Positions 1 through 12,976 of a stretch of 64,000 bases of DNA are shown in pieces. Both the position numbers and the translations under genes were made by a program. Location: NCBI GenBank assembly GCA_964035545.1, contig OZ037769.1, positions 7,793,929 to 7,857,928 on the forward strand, read 5' to 3'. The notes beneath the pieces were generated by a model. It did not search any database. It saw nothing but the letters and a program-made list of their open reading frames with translations, and was not told where the DNA came from. Source of the stretch: Bugula neritina. Lineage: Eukaryota; Animalia; Bryozoa. How positions within the stretch are numbered: position 1 is the first letter of the stretch; every line of letters begins with the position of its first letter.

Positions 1-975
1 ACAACATCTGGGTCATAGAGTTGGGCATTAATTACAGTGCTATAAAGGCTTGGAGTCTCCATCCCCTTCTCTTTCTATCAGTGAATATTCTGCCGCTGCT
101 TGTACGCTGGACTTGTTCAGATATATTTGTAAAAACTGACAACTTGGCAAGTATAACTAAATCCAACATTTGTTTATCTAGAGAGGAATTGAGCTGCCTT
201 TCCTGTTCAATGCGCTCACTGGGTATCTAAGCAGCACAGAATGTGGCACATGTGCAGCCAGAGAGCAGCATGCAGTTAGGTGGTTGTGCCGGTGTGCTGT
301 CATCAAGTGATCCAGGGTGTGGTTAATGAGAAGGCCAGCATGCAGAGCTTGTAGTAGGAACCTTTCTACTACGATTGCGATGGGAATGTGCTTGAGAATC
401 ATGATCATGATTATCATTATTTTGATTTTCATCGTCATCGTGAAGGTCACTGGGAGTGTTGTAATCAAGCAAAAATCTATTGATTATATCTATCTCGCAG
501 TTTGTAGACTCTTCCTCAGCCTCAGAAAGATATGAGTCATCACTTAGGTAGCACTCTGCAACAGCGTTGTCGTCCTCAAAGTAAAAATATTCATCAATAT
601 CAGAGCCATCATTTATTTTCAGTAATTTATTTCTGTGAAACGACATAACTGTATGTAGACTAATGCGTTTCCGGTATGGCTATGCGGGCCGTGAGTGTAA
701 AAAGCCAAAGCTTTCAAGAGACCTGGGCTACTGGTGATCACGTGATGTTCCATAGTTACTAGTTATTTGGATTTTTAACTGCAATTTACACATGTTTAGA
801 GCCATGTGTCAGTCTCAATTACCCCACCAATAGAAAGAACAGGTTTTGTTTCCTAATTTTTTCTGCTTGTTCGAAAACGTTGAGAAGACAACTATTCAAC
901 TACGGGTCCGTTTTCACTCTATTGTGAACAATAGTAATCTGCCATGAAGTGCTTTTCTGAGCGCCGAGGTCACAT
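1..975 (-). mobile_element. Right end of a degenerate DNA transposon (GDGDS-type 'Mutator-like' transposase family), with terminal inverted repeat at 941-975
   Basis: Minus strand of 1-70 reads EGDGDSK and is nucleotide-similar to 4560-4625. The reverse complement of 941-975 (ATGTGACCTCGGCGCTCAGAAAAGCACTTCATGGC) matches 2348-2382 (ATGTGACCCAGGCTGTCAGCAAGGCACTTTGTGAC). Confidence 0.6.
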
Positions 976-1330
976 TTAATGTGCATGTTTATAAACTGAG
1001 TTGCTTAACATGGTTGCCTATACACTCAGAAATCTTATCGATGCAAACCATAGCGTTATTTAGGATATTTTTATAAATCCTGCTGTGTTCAAATCTTTTT
1101 GTTTCATGAATACTTTCCCTCCTTTACATTTTTTCCCATATAAATAGTTTTTTCTGCTCCTTTTATATTATTTATATGTGTAAAATCAAGCATAGATGTT
1201 CCTAACAAAAAACATTGTTAGAAAAAAACAGATGTTAACATATATCAATTTATCATATTGATCATGATAAATCTAAAGTTATAACATTAAGTAGGATATT
1301 ATATATCTTGCTGTTTTCAAAACCTTTTAA
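976..1330. repeat. AT-rich dispersed repeat; related copies at about 11240-11620, 11590-11900 and 13318-13700
   Basis: Shared strings such as TTTAATGTGCATGTTTATAAACTGAGTTG, CATTTTTTCCCATATAA and ATATCAATTTATCATATTGATCATGATAAATCTAAAGTTATA. Confidence 0.7.
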
Positions 1331-1631
1331 CTGGTGAAGTGGTGGTTGAATCATTAGGGGTTGGTGAGGTTATGTTGCCAACAGTAATTTTCACTGTTTC
1401 TTCCACTTTTAATAACTCATTTACTTAAAAACAAATAAATGAAAGATTGAAGGTTATTTGATCATATAAATGCAGCCCCTGTATACAGCTTTCATCATTC
1501 AACCATTTTATCTATTGTCGGTTTGTCATAGGTGATACTTGATTTGAAATAACCAAGCTTAACATAACCATACACTTGTAGGAAGTTGAAAAAAAATGAA
1601 AATAAAAAATGTATAGTTAAGTGTACAACAG

Positions 1632-2347
1632 CTGCAAAACCTGTACAAAACTAGTGCAATGTGAAATTGTGTGATTACATTCTGCAACACTGCTTGAAAA
1701 TTTATAGAAGTAAAACACAGTTTTTTGAAGATGCATCATCTACTTCATGATATCTGTTGCAAATCTAATTGTGGCCGCTTTCGTGACAGCTGTTGTTAGT
1801 GGCAGTGGTAGTTTTCCTGCCTTCAGCATGAAGGTTACTGATCCAAAGCCTGTTCCGTGAACATAAGCCGCCTGTTATGAGATAATGCACTCAAGTATCA
1901 TCTTTCAATGTAATGTTTTGTTAAATAAATTCTGAATGCCCTATTTATAAATCATGATTATAACACAACAAAGGGCTTTCCCCTGTAATAATGACATTTA
2001 ATGTGCAAGTGAATTATTTGACCTGGTTGCCTATTATTGGAAAAAATATTTTGTTGTAGGAAAACTTTGAAAGGTGCCCTAATCTGCTAGAAACACCTAT
2101 TTGTGCTGACAAATCTTTAACTGTACTCAAAAATACTCACAAGTGCTTAAATGTGCTCATTTGGGCTCAAACGTGTTTAAATGTGCTCAAAACTGCTGAA
2201 AAGTGCCTAAATGTGTTGAAAGGTGCCCTAATCTGCTAGAAACACTTATTTATGCTGACAACTCTGTATCTAACTGTACTCAAGAGTGCCAAAATATAAA
2301 AAGACGGGCTTAACTGTGCTCAAAACTGCTGAAATGTAAATATAAAT
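1632..2347. repeat. Segment duplicated in direct orientation at 4734-5332
   Basis: Near-identical sequence from CTGCAAAACCTGTACAAAACTAGTGCAAT to AATATAAATA in both places. Confidence 0.9.
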
Positions 2348-4733
2348 ATGTGACCCAGGCTGTCAGCAAGGCACTTTGTGACAAAATTCACATTTTTAGC
2401 TGATGCTTGGTACTTATTTGCCTCTTTATAGTGGTCGATTTGCAGTTTGAATTTTTGAAATCAAACCACTATTAGTGAGTCTACAGCAATTTTTGTGTAG
2501 CAATTATCCAATATCACCGGAAGTACAACTTAAAAAACCATTTTTATTCCAAGTGAGTGCATTTTTCAGTGTTTACATGTTCAAACTCCTTAGCAACGGG
2601 CATTTAGAGAGCTTCAAACAGGGTAAAAATTTACTTGCCTATCATTTAAGACATGCCGAATCCAGTGGCGCCATCTCTGAAACAGACTTTTGATCTTTGA
2701 CCTCGAAAGGTCGAGTGAAGGTCACGGCGATTTTTCAAAACATGAATGTTGATCATGTTATGTTATGAAAGCATTTTAGTTTACTCTATCATTATTCAAC
2801 CACTATCAAATTTACACATTTCACAATTCGTGTATAAACAGTTCCTCCAAGGGCCAGTGAGACGTTTCCCACAAAGATCGCCTCCAACCAATTGCCGCTG
2901 GGTAAGGACCAGGATTGAATCAAGCTTAATTTGATTTCTATATGTAGAATTTTGATTACAACTCTTATCCAGGTGATTAACTCAAATTTAATCTCAACAA
3001 AACATTGACAGCTTACGAAAACAGCACATGAAATCGATTTCCAACATGTCTTGGCAACAACATTTTATCAAGTTTTTAGTTCGAAGAAAGTTTTTAAAGT
3101 CAATTGATTCATCACTATTATCTTCATTTCTCAAATTATGTAAGTTCCATCTTACCTTGACAATAGCTGGCTGAGACCTTGGCTAAGTTGTAGACTACTT
3201 TCTAGTTCTGTACAAACCTCTGCGAATACTGCTGACAAGTGAATGGATGTTGCAGTTTAGGTCAAGGATTTCTTGTCCGAAATCATTTTCAAGAGCAGCT
3301 CAAATAGAGTGGTTTATCACTGCTCAGTTGCCTAAAGTCGATACTTTGTTTCATTTTAGGGTCGCCAAGACTGTATCATAGCTCTTCGAGTTGTGCTTCG
3401 CATATAAGTCTGCTAGTCTGCTTCAGTTCCCCAGTTAAAGTTGCAACATCCGAAATAGAATTTCTAAAAGATGTATTTTATTTTTTCATTTGCATGCAAG
3501 GAATTTGCTAGTGTGGTATCCTGAGCAATGTTTACACTTTTTGTATGAAACATAGCATCTACAGCCGAAAGTTTTGAAACCACACCTAATTCACCAATAT
3601 TGGATATTGGAAAATATTACACAACTTGCCATGTTTACTGGCACAAAAGTAACTAGCTTTCCTTTTTTTTCATCAGTATGTTGACCGCCTTTTAGTTGAT
3701 TGGTGGTTTTGTTGAGCTTTTCAACTTTTCTTTTAAATGAGCTATTTCGATTTCATGAAAACTCAGTTTGCGTCTCAACTCATCAATTTGTTGTTCAGCA
3801 ATGCCTTGCTGTAATTGTATATTTTGTTTCAAAAGCTTTTTGCGTCCCCCCCCCTCAAGTTATTTTTGTGAACTATCAACTTTTCTTGTTTGACAGGTTA
3901 GAAATTTTTGCAAGCTGTTTTTAGTTTTGCTCTTCAATAGGTGGCCCGTCTCTTGGAAGCCTTTATTCTCTGCAGATCTTTTTTGTGATTGTGCATTACC
4001 AACTGTTTCCCAATCGGTATTCCTAAAACATCATTAACAGCAGCAAGAGCAGTATCACCATCATTAAATTGTAAGACAGCACAGTTGACAGCAAGTTCTA
4101 ACCTGGGCGTCTGCACCAACTGCACTTCAGAGCAAAGTAACCAAATTATTCTATGAAAATGTTTTGTACCCCCATGCAAGCATTTTGAAAGCAGAGAATC
4201 GACTGTAAGAGTTTCAAAAACTAGTATTATCTCTTCTAGTACAAAGGGTGTGAGACTATTCGAATTACCATCACTACTACCATTTACTGCCGAGCAAGGA
4301 TTATCACATGAGCTATGATTCCTATTCCAATGATGTCATATTCTCCAAATGCTTGCTTTCATACTCCCTAAGTTTCCTGCATTATTCCTAATAGCTGCTC
4401 CATGATGACCCTGAATTCTCTTTATAGCAGCTTTATGCAACTTACCACTACCTCCTATACCTTTATACTTTCGGCCTTCCCAATAAAACTCTTTACCCAT
4501 ACATTGCTGCACTTTATCTAATTCGCTTTTGCACATGACCTACGCATTAAAGTTTCTCAACAACATCTGGGCCATAGGGTTGAGCATTACTTACAGCACT
4601 ATAAGACTTGAAGTCTCCATTCTTTGAATATTTTACAAACTGTACTCCTCTCTTTTCGACTGACCATTTGAATATTCTAATCATACCTACAGGCTCCATA
4701 CCACTCATGATTTTTGGCACCGTGTACAAGAAC
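2348..4733 (-). mobile_element. Left part of a DNA transposon with a decayed 'Mutator-like' (GDGDS/CVGHVQKR-type) transposase at about 3934-4733
   Basis: TIR at 2348-2382. Broken frames read MEPVGMIRIFKWSVEKRGVQFVKY..GDFKSYSAV..QPYG..., CVGHVQKR, GIGGSGKLHKAAIKRIQGHHGAAIRNN...MKASIW and LELAVNCAVLQFNDG. Confidence 0.75.
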
Positions 4734-5332
4734 TGCAAAACCTGTACAAAACTAGTGCAATTTGAAATTATGTGATTACATTTTGCAACACTGCTTGAAA
4801 ATTTATAGAAGTAAAACAGTTTTTTAAAGGCGCAGCCACTTCATGATACCATTTGCAAATCTAATTGTGGTCGCTTTCGTGGCAGCTGTTGTTAGTGGCA
4901 GTGGTAGTTTTCCTGCCTTCAGCGTGAAGGTTACTGATCCAAACCCTGTTCCGTGAACATAAGCCACCTGTTATGAGATAATGCACTCAAGTATCATCTT
5001 TCAATGTGATGTTTTGTTAAATAAATTCTGAATGCCCTTTTTATAAATCATGATTATAACACAACAAAGGGCTTTCCCCTGAAATAATGACATTTAATGA
5101 GCAAGTGAATTATTTGACCTGGTTGCCTATTATTGGAAAAAGTATTTTGTTGTAGGAAAACTTTGAAAAGTGCCCTAATCTGCTAGAAACACCTATTTGT
5201 GCTGACAAATCTCCAACTGTACTCAAAAGTGCTTAAATATCCAAAAAAGGGCTTAAATGTGCTACATTCAGGCTCAAACGTGTTCAAATGTGCCCTAATG
5301 TGCTCAAAACTGCTGAAATGTTAATATAAATA
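4734..5332. repeat. Second copy of the 1632-2347 duplication; truncates the transposase
   Basis: Direct sequence identity with 1632-2347; lacks the TIR that follows the first copy. Confidence 0.9.
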
Positions 5333-8300
5333 GATTGAAAATTGAATTGCCAACTAAATTATCAACACATGCTCAATGGTTCTTTCTTATTTATATGAAT
5401 TTGCACCAGTTACGTGTACAAGATTGCAGTCAAAATTTTCGATGTCATATTGCCCTCAGTCGATTTTCTTGGAAGCAGCTCACAGCTAGAATCGATTATT
5501 TAGAGAAATCATTTTAGGGGAATGAATGAACTTCATCCAGAGTTTTGTTTTTTTACTGTCATTTTTTCAATTAGGTCTCTATTGCTGTTGTTTTCATTTA
5601 ATTTGACCAGCGCTGGTTTATTTTATTGTGTAACTTTTGCAAGGTGTGATATTACTACCACACTTTATATTATGTTACAAAGATACTGTAGATGTTGAGA
5701 CACATGTGAATTTGAAATCAGGAGGTTTCAACTTGTTAAAAGTTGTCTTTTCGATAAAAATCCCTGGTGTTTAGTTTTATAGATGTCAATTACATGTCAG
5801 GTGTCAAAAGGTGCTGGTGATATCACATTGCCCTCTGTCCATTCATTTATAATAGTTTTTATATCAATGATTTACACAAGACTTTCGGCTTAGTAGTTTG
5901 ATGGTAAGCATGTTTAATGCCACTTTTCAATGGAGCATGAATAAAAACAGTACTCACTTCTGCCATCAAGTGTAACGGAGAGGATTAGTTTGGGATCCAA
6001 ACTCATCTCCTGTGCTGAGCACCTCTGAGTTTGCTGTTTCAAAAAGGTACTGTCTTTCTATGAAGATTGGCATGTCTTATCCCGCCAGCAATTTAGCAGG
6101 ATCGATTTTATCTAGAGCTCTGTCATCAGGTCTTTTCTTTGTTGTTACAAACTCATCTAAAATTTATTTGGTGGTTACACCTGGTTTGTTAATAACCCTG
6201 AAAGCAGACAGGTAGCTAGGCAACAGAAAATAAATATTTAATTGCAGAGTTTCACAATTCATTCTATAAATTTGACAAAATGATTAGTGTTCAGTCTAAA
6301 GGATATTGGTTGCTTTACATGAAATCAAATTTTTTGTTATTGGCAAGATTTGTAAGTGGTATTGATGAATCTAATTTGAAATTATCAATGTACCCTACTC
6401 TACCACTAGAGAGAACATGCAGTGCACAAATAAAAGTGGAAGGAAGCAAAAAATATAACCAAATAGAAAAGGATGAATAACACTCACCCTACCTGTTTCC
6501 TTTGCCAGCCCGTTCAATAGCTTTCAGAAAGTTTTTATTGCAGAGAAATGGCTTTAGTTCTCGCTGTGTTTCTGTATCTGAAATATTTCTGTTGTTGCAC
6601 TACAATTTTCGAATTTGCTAGTTATACAATAGGAAAGGTAATATTTTACAACCCATTTATTCCACCTTTATTTATCCAAATTCGTTGAATGTATCTTCCA
6701 TTATCATCAACCAAGTTGTCAAGCAAGCCATGCTTACAGCTTGAAAATTCTATTGGTCAAAAGTGTGCTCGTTAGCAATTTTGTTGATATTGGATACCCA
6801 CTTACTTTCTCTGTGATCAGATGTTCAGTTGTGTCAACAACCCAATACACATCGTTGCAGATGCTCTTTATCTATTTTGCCAATATTCTGTGCTTACTTT
6901 TCAATGACAAAGCAGCCAGTTTTTTCTTCAACCCTTAAACATGGTACATGAAATAGTAAATATCACTACTTAGATGTTTGTGTCACAAAATATTGCACGG
7001 CACAGTGAAGAAAATTGACTAACAATATAGGTAACAAACAGCTTGCTTTTACAAATGTGCCAAGTATCAAATAAATGGTGAACATTCGGCCATTTGGTTC
7101 TCCCGTTGGCTGGAATTTGTAAATGTCTATCTTTAGTTAAACTTTTTACTGGTATTTCTAATTTCTCCAGCCGGTTTGATTATTCATATCCTCTTTGAAA
7201 GTGCTTCTATATTGGGAAGGTATTGTATATTAACCTTTTTTTATTCTTGTATTTGTATACATCCCTTTTAATAAAAAGCGCTCAACTGGTTTTCCTAGCA
7301 TTTACGCCGTCACAGGAATACAGGCATTCATTAAAGCTACGTTATTTATAGATTAACTGACCGCATTTTATTTAAACCCCGTTTTTAATTTTTATTCTAG
7401 AAATTGTTTAATCCCATTGCAAAGATTCTACCATTGATTAAAGTTTTGTCTCCTGATGCATGTCAGCCTGATTTTCTATGTTCAACTTCCTGTTACCTTA
7501 AGGGACAATAGCATTACCTTCCACATGATTGTTAGTTCTGGAGTCACTTCTAGTGGAATACATGCAAAAAAGCTAAAGAAAGTGGCCCATTCAACTGATT
7601 TCTTTCTATATATGGAGTGAACACTAAGAGCAGGCTTGTAGGCTACTAATTGCTGTGTTGAATTTAAAAGAACCGGCATACAGAATTTTTGTCTGACCAA
7701 TGCCAAAGGCTAATATATCACTGGATTTTCTTATGCGTTTTTCATAACGTCTACTGCGCCTGTAACCCTGACTGAGGCCAACATTCTGTATGCGACGCCA
7801 CATGCTTTGGCAAAAATGAAAGTCGCTCCCTGATGTTCTGGCTTAGCTCTGTTGAACAGTTTCTTCAAACGTTCTTTTAGATGGTTTGCTTGGATGTCTT
7901 TCTCTGCTTCAGCTGATGATGTGATGAAATTATTTTTTAGTCCATGAATCATACATTCTGAAACCTAAAGGGGGGTATGATTTAGAAGATAATAATTAAG
8001 TCTACCATATATACACACTGCAAGAATAAGTAATATTGAAATAGTATATGGCAGTATTACCTAGCGCTCTAAAACACACGTTTCAATTAATTTTCAACTA
8101 AAAAAGTAACCTCGTACAGTAATTAATAAAACAATGGAGAGCAAACTACACACATTGGCTTTGGTGGTCTCTAACTCATTTGATGTGTCTAATGATATAT
8201 CTGTAGGTCCTTTTCCTGCTGAAAATTCAAATACCACGCAAGAGGTTTGGAGACAAGTAAATTCGCCGTAGTATTCGCTGCTTCTTGCGCAGTCGTTTTC

Positions 8301-8478
8301 ATGGAAACTCAGTTTGCTTCTTGACTTTTTAATTCACCGTTCAGCAATGCCTTCCTATACTTGTGTGCTTTGTTTCAAAAGCTTTGTTTTCGTTAGCCGA
8401 GTTATTTTTTGAACTTTCAAACTTTTTTTGACGGGTCAAGTGTTCTTGCAAACTTTTTCTCGTCTTCCAAGAGTTTAT

Positions 8479-8870
8479 TGTGATAGTTTTGTGGGTTATG
8501 AATGAAACTAGTGCTTTACATGCTTGTTACGAGAAACAAGGCGAGAAATAAGGTAGAAGATAAGGTAGCTTTATTGTAGTCCGAATGATCCAATAGTCTG
8601 TATCCAGCGAGCTCCAGTAGTAGACTTAATCTACACTGAAACTCGCTGGCTTTTATATACACACAGGACAAAGACATTCCTTTGTTTGCCAAGATCGGAG
8701 GCCCGAAATGCCGAATATCGGCACTTTGGGAATCCGAAATGCCGAATTTGGCATCTCGGCACTTCGGTAGTCCGATATGCCGAGAATCAGCATATCGGTG
8801 TTTCGGAGGACCGAAGTGCCGATCTCGGCAACAAAGGACACACACACACACACAACATAAATTTACCACA
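8479..8870 (-). repeat. 3' LTR of the 8479-11076 element
   Basis: TGTGATAG...TTACCACA; minus-strand TATATAAAAG (about 8650-8659) and AATAAA (about 8570-8575). Confidence 0.9.
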
Positions 8871-9166
8871 CACACCCCCCATCGGAAAGCATGCTTTCCG
8901 ATAAAGAGGCGTACACAAACATCAATCACACAAACAAAACATGACACGACAATAAAACACACAGTTGACAAGTAATACACAAAAAAAACAATATACGGCC
9001 GCCATGCAGTGATAACAAAAAAAATAAAGAGAATTGTGCACACATGAGAAAGAGAAAAAAAACAGAGTAACGGATAAGTAAATAACACTACATGAAAGAA
9101 TGCACACATACATAAAAAAGCAAAGAAAATAAGATCGAGAGAAAAGAAACACATATACAAACAGTC

Positions 9167-10622
9167 TCATCGGCGGTCTCCAGATCGGCCCCGCTCCAGG
9201 CGGCTTACACATCTCCTGAGTTGCCCTAACTCCTCCTCACACCTGCGGAGCCGCCGGCGTAGGTGTTGTACTTCTTCCTCCAACTGGGCCGATGTCTGGT
9301 GTCTGGGGCGGTCGGTGGTACTATGGCTAGTACGTCTCCTCTGCTTCTCGCCCGCCGCCGGGGGCCCAGGTCCGACGAATCGGTCCTGGCACCTGATCCG
9401 ACCCGTGCCAGCACGACCCGAAGTGGTTGGGTGGCTGCCGGTTGGGGTGTCGCGGCGGGCTCCCCTTCTTCACGAACAGGCCTACACGCGGGGAATCCCA
9501 GGGCGAGAGCAGCCCGTTTATGGGGATCCGCCACGTGTCGCAATACCAGGTCCCGAAACTCGGGAAAGGAGGCCTGGTCTACAGCGAACTGTAACCCGTG
9601 TGGCAGTGAGCTATGCGCTGATGCCTCAGCACATAGTCTCTCTGGTAAGAGAATTCGCCACACGGGCAAAACACGTTGATGTAGTGCTGTTGGGCGTGTA
9701 CACGCAACCGCCGTGCAGAGGAGAACTTCCTCTGGCACTGGTGGCAGATGCGGTTGCCCGGCTCACCGCAAGCTTCACCAATCCTAAGATTGGTGGGTCC
9801 AGTCACCCAATACTGGCGGGCGACCAGGGCCCGGGGCAGGGCCAGTATTGGGGAGTCATCTTCTTCGGCTGTGAGGTGGTCGCCGTGTAGGATGCCCTGC
9901 TCCTCCCCGGCCGTGAGCTGAAGCTCGACCGGTTTGGGGTCAGGGCCACTAACGATGGCGGAACACACCTCTGTGGAGGAGGTGGCGTCCTGCTGGCTGT
10001 GAGAAGCCGAAGCAGGAGCCGGTGGGAGAGGGGAGTCGGACTGACTGGCCTCCTCGGTGTCCATACGCTCCTCTAGAATAGATAGTAGAGGCTGTGATAA
10101 GCCGGTCTCACTATCGCCGAAATTCGGCGTATGTGTGTATGGAGCCAAATTAAAGACCGGGGGCCGAGGGGTATCACAGAAATTGACTGAGCCCACATCA
10201 TGATCCAATAAAGTATCAATGGCAGAGTCATCTCCGAGATCCATCTCGGCCTCCGGTCCTAAGAAATCAGACCCAAGTAAGTCTAATAAAGACCAGTCTA
10301 CACTAGTTTGACTAGACTCCGTAACTGGAGGATCTAATCTAAATGAAATACCTGATTGTGTGTCTGGTAAAGTAATTCCCATAGCTCCTGATAGCGTCTG
10401 GAGAACAGTATTTAAATCAAACTTGGGGGTATCAGGATCAGAATTCAATTTAAGCTGTAACTGACGTGCTAGCTGTGTGAAATCAGAACTAGAAATGGCC
10501 GAACCTCGTGCTTCAGAAGTATTACCTGCCGAAGCCCGAGACGCGTGGCCCGTGGGAATTTCCCCGGGATTTCGAAAAGACAACTCGCGTGATCGAGTGT
10601 CTTCCGAAATTCGGTCGGCCAT
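9167..10622 (-). pseudogene. LTR-element cargo ORF: acidic N-terminus, zinc-binding module and C-terminal coiled coil, broken by two frameshifts (about 9590 and 9300)
   Basis: ATG at 10622. CHQC..LRVHAQQH..FCPCG..VLRHQRIAHC, then next frame FAVDQASFPEFRDLV..GFPACR, then last frame QLEEEVQHLRRRLRRCEEELGQLRRCVSRL..* with stop at 9167. Confidence 0.75.
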
Positions 10623-10706
10623 TTCTTCTTGGTGGAATTCTCCGGGGTGATGGAGGGAATTTCCAACCAAGATTGGGTGGTCGTCAGTACGGGGGGGGGG
10701 GTTTAT

Positions 10707-11076
10707 TGTGATAGTTTTGTGGGTTATGAATGAAACTAGTGCTTTACATGCTTGTTATGAGAAACAAGGCGAGAAATAATGTAGAAGATAAGGTAGCTTT
10801 ATTGTAGTCCGAATGATCCAATAGTCTGTATCCAGCGAGCTCCAGTAGTAGACTGAATCTACACTGAAACTCGCTGGCTTTTATATACACACAGGACAAA
10901 GACATTCCTTTGTTTGCCAAGATCGGAGGCCCGAAATGCCGAATATCGGCACTTTGGGAATCCGAAATGCCGAATTTGGCATCTCGGCACTTCGGTAGTC
11001 CGATATGCCGAGAATCGGAGGACCGAAGTGCCGATCTCGGCAACAAAGGACACACACACAACATAAATTTACCACA
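10707..11076 (-). repeat. 5' LTR of the 8479-11076 element
   Basis: Near-identical to 8479-8870. Confidence 0.9.
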
Positions 11077-12976
11077 TTATTTTCAATGGCGTGTGTGCAG
11101 TATGCCTTTATAGCGTCTATAATATAAGTTGATCCTACGTTTAAGCGCAAGTATCACCTTTTAAAGTAATGTTTTGGATAAATTATGACTAATATATCTA
11201 TAAATCATAATAACACAACGAGCTATCCTCTGCAATAATGACATTTAATGTGCATGTTTATAAACTGAGTTGTTTAACATGGTTGCCTATACACTCAAAA
11301 AATCTTATCGATGCAAACCATAGCATTACGTAGGATATTATTATACATCCTGCTGTTTTCAAAACTTGTTGTTTTATGAACACTTTTCCTCCTTTGCATT
11401 TTTTCCCATATAAGTAGCTTTTTTCTGCTTCTTTTATATTCCTTATATGTGTAAAATCATGCATAACTTTTTCTAACAAAAACATTGTTGAAAAAAACAG
11501 ATGTAACTGTTTTAGTTGATAAAACCATGTCAACATATATCAATTTATCATATTGATCATGATAAATCTAAAGTTATAGCATCAAGTAGTATATCCTGCT
11601 GTTTTCAAAACTTGTTTTATGAACACTTTTCCTCTTTTGCATTTTTTCCCATATAAGTAGCTTTTTTCTGCTTCTTTTATATTCCTTATATGTGTAAAAT
11701 CATGCATAAATGTTTCTAACAAAAACATTGTTAAAAAAAACAGATGTAACTGTTTTAGTTGATAAAACATGTCAACATATATCAATTTATCATATTGATC
11801 ATAATAAATCTAAAGTTATAGCATCAAGTAGTATATTGTATATCCTGCTGTTTTCAAAACTTTTTTTTTATGAACACTTTTTCTCATTTCTGTTTTTTTC
11901 CTTATTTATATGAAATCACGAATTGTTCTAACAAAAGAAAAGTATTAGGAAAGCCAGTAGTTACTTCAGCTGATAAAGCATGCTTACATATATCACCTGG
12001 CAATATTACAACTGAATTGCAAATTAAGAGGTTATTGGCCTTTCTAGGTATATATACAAAAAGAAGAGTATGGTAAAACTTGATTAAACCATGTTGTTAC
12101 TAATAGTTTGTTATGTGCAAGACAATATCATTAGATAAAAGATATAAATGTGAGCTAAGGTATACAAGGTTGGTATACAAGGTTACACAATAAAAGTATT
12201 AAATTTCATCTAGGAACTACAATATGATTTTAAAGCCAATACAACTTCAACTCCAGTTATTAGTAGCTGCTCACTCGTTATAAATTTTTAAATAACCAAT
12301 TTTAATGGAGAATGGTGAACAAATGCAAAAAAATTTCTTACCAGTGCACGATGGACTGAATGATTCAGTCATTTCTTCTGAAATAAACTTCCAGCAGTTT
12401 TCTTTAACCGACTTGACTTCTCTATATGATTTAGAAGCCATGTTGTAAAAGGGCGTTCTATTTTCAACCAGCTCAAAGAGTAACTCATCACGAGAGTAGT
12501 CATGATTTGGAGTGTGGTTTGGCGTTGTGATTGCAAGTTGAATTGGATAATAAGAATGAATAAATTCAAAAAAGTAAGGTCCTGCACGTGCAACCTGCGT
12601 GGCAAAAAGGCTTTAGAGACAACATAACACAAAGTGCATCAACATAAATTGTTCATCAAAATATGATCAAGACCAACCTGTATATCAGGTGCATGGTCAC
12701 ACAGGCAAAAGATTACAAAACTATAAAACTCCTAGTCTATTTTTTACATGGAGAAGAACTGGCCAAAATGATGCTCTAATTTTGAGATTAGACAGAGTTT
12801 ATTTACATATATGTAAGAATTATTGCTTTTAAAAGTTATATAATCATATTACCATATGTATTAATAAACATTCAGAATATAATATTTTTAATGTGCTTTA
12901 TAACCAACTACAAACAAAAGAGAACATGGATGCCTACACACAAAGAAAACATTATCAAAGCATAGCAAGATGTTAT

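Larger units (their letters stand above)
8479..11076 (-). mobile_element. Young non-autonomous LTR retroelement (2.6 kb) with TTAT target-site duplication
   Basis: Direct TG..CA repeats at 8479-8870 and 10707-11076 differ by 3 substitutions, one 16-bp indel and 3 CA units. TTAT at 8475-8478 and 11077-11080. Minus-strand PPT GGGGGGTGTG at 8871-8880. TATA and AATAAA lie on the minus strand. No gag/pol motifs seen. Confidence 0.9.

Noticed and set aside
8516-9160. 214-aa hydrophobic ORF that could be taken for env
   Set aside because: Translation of a T/G-rich 3' UTR running through the PPT into the LTR; the hydrophobicity is compositional
9263-9890. Plus-strand ORFs of 138 and 191 aa, and similar ones across 19102-22248
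   Set aside because: Antisense shadows of GC-rich retroelement coding sequence with no recognisable motifs
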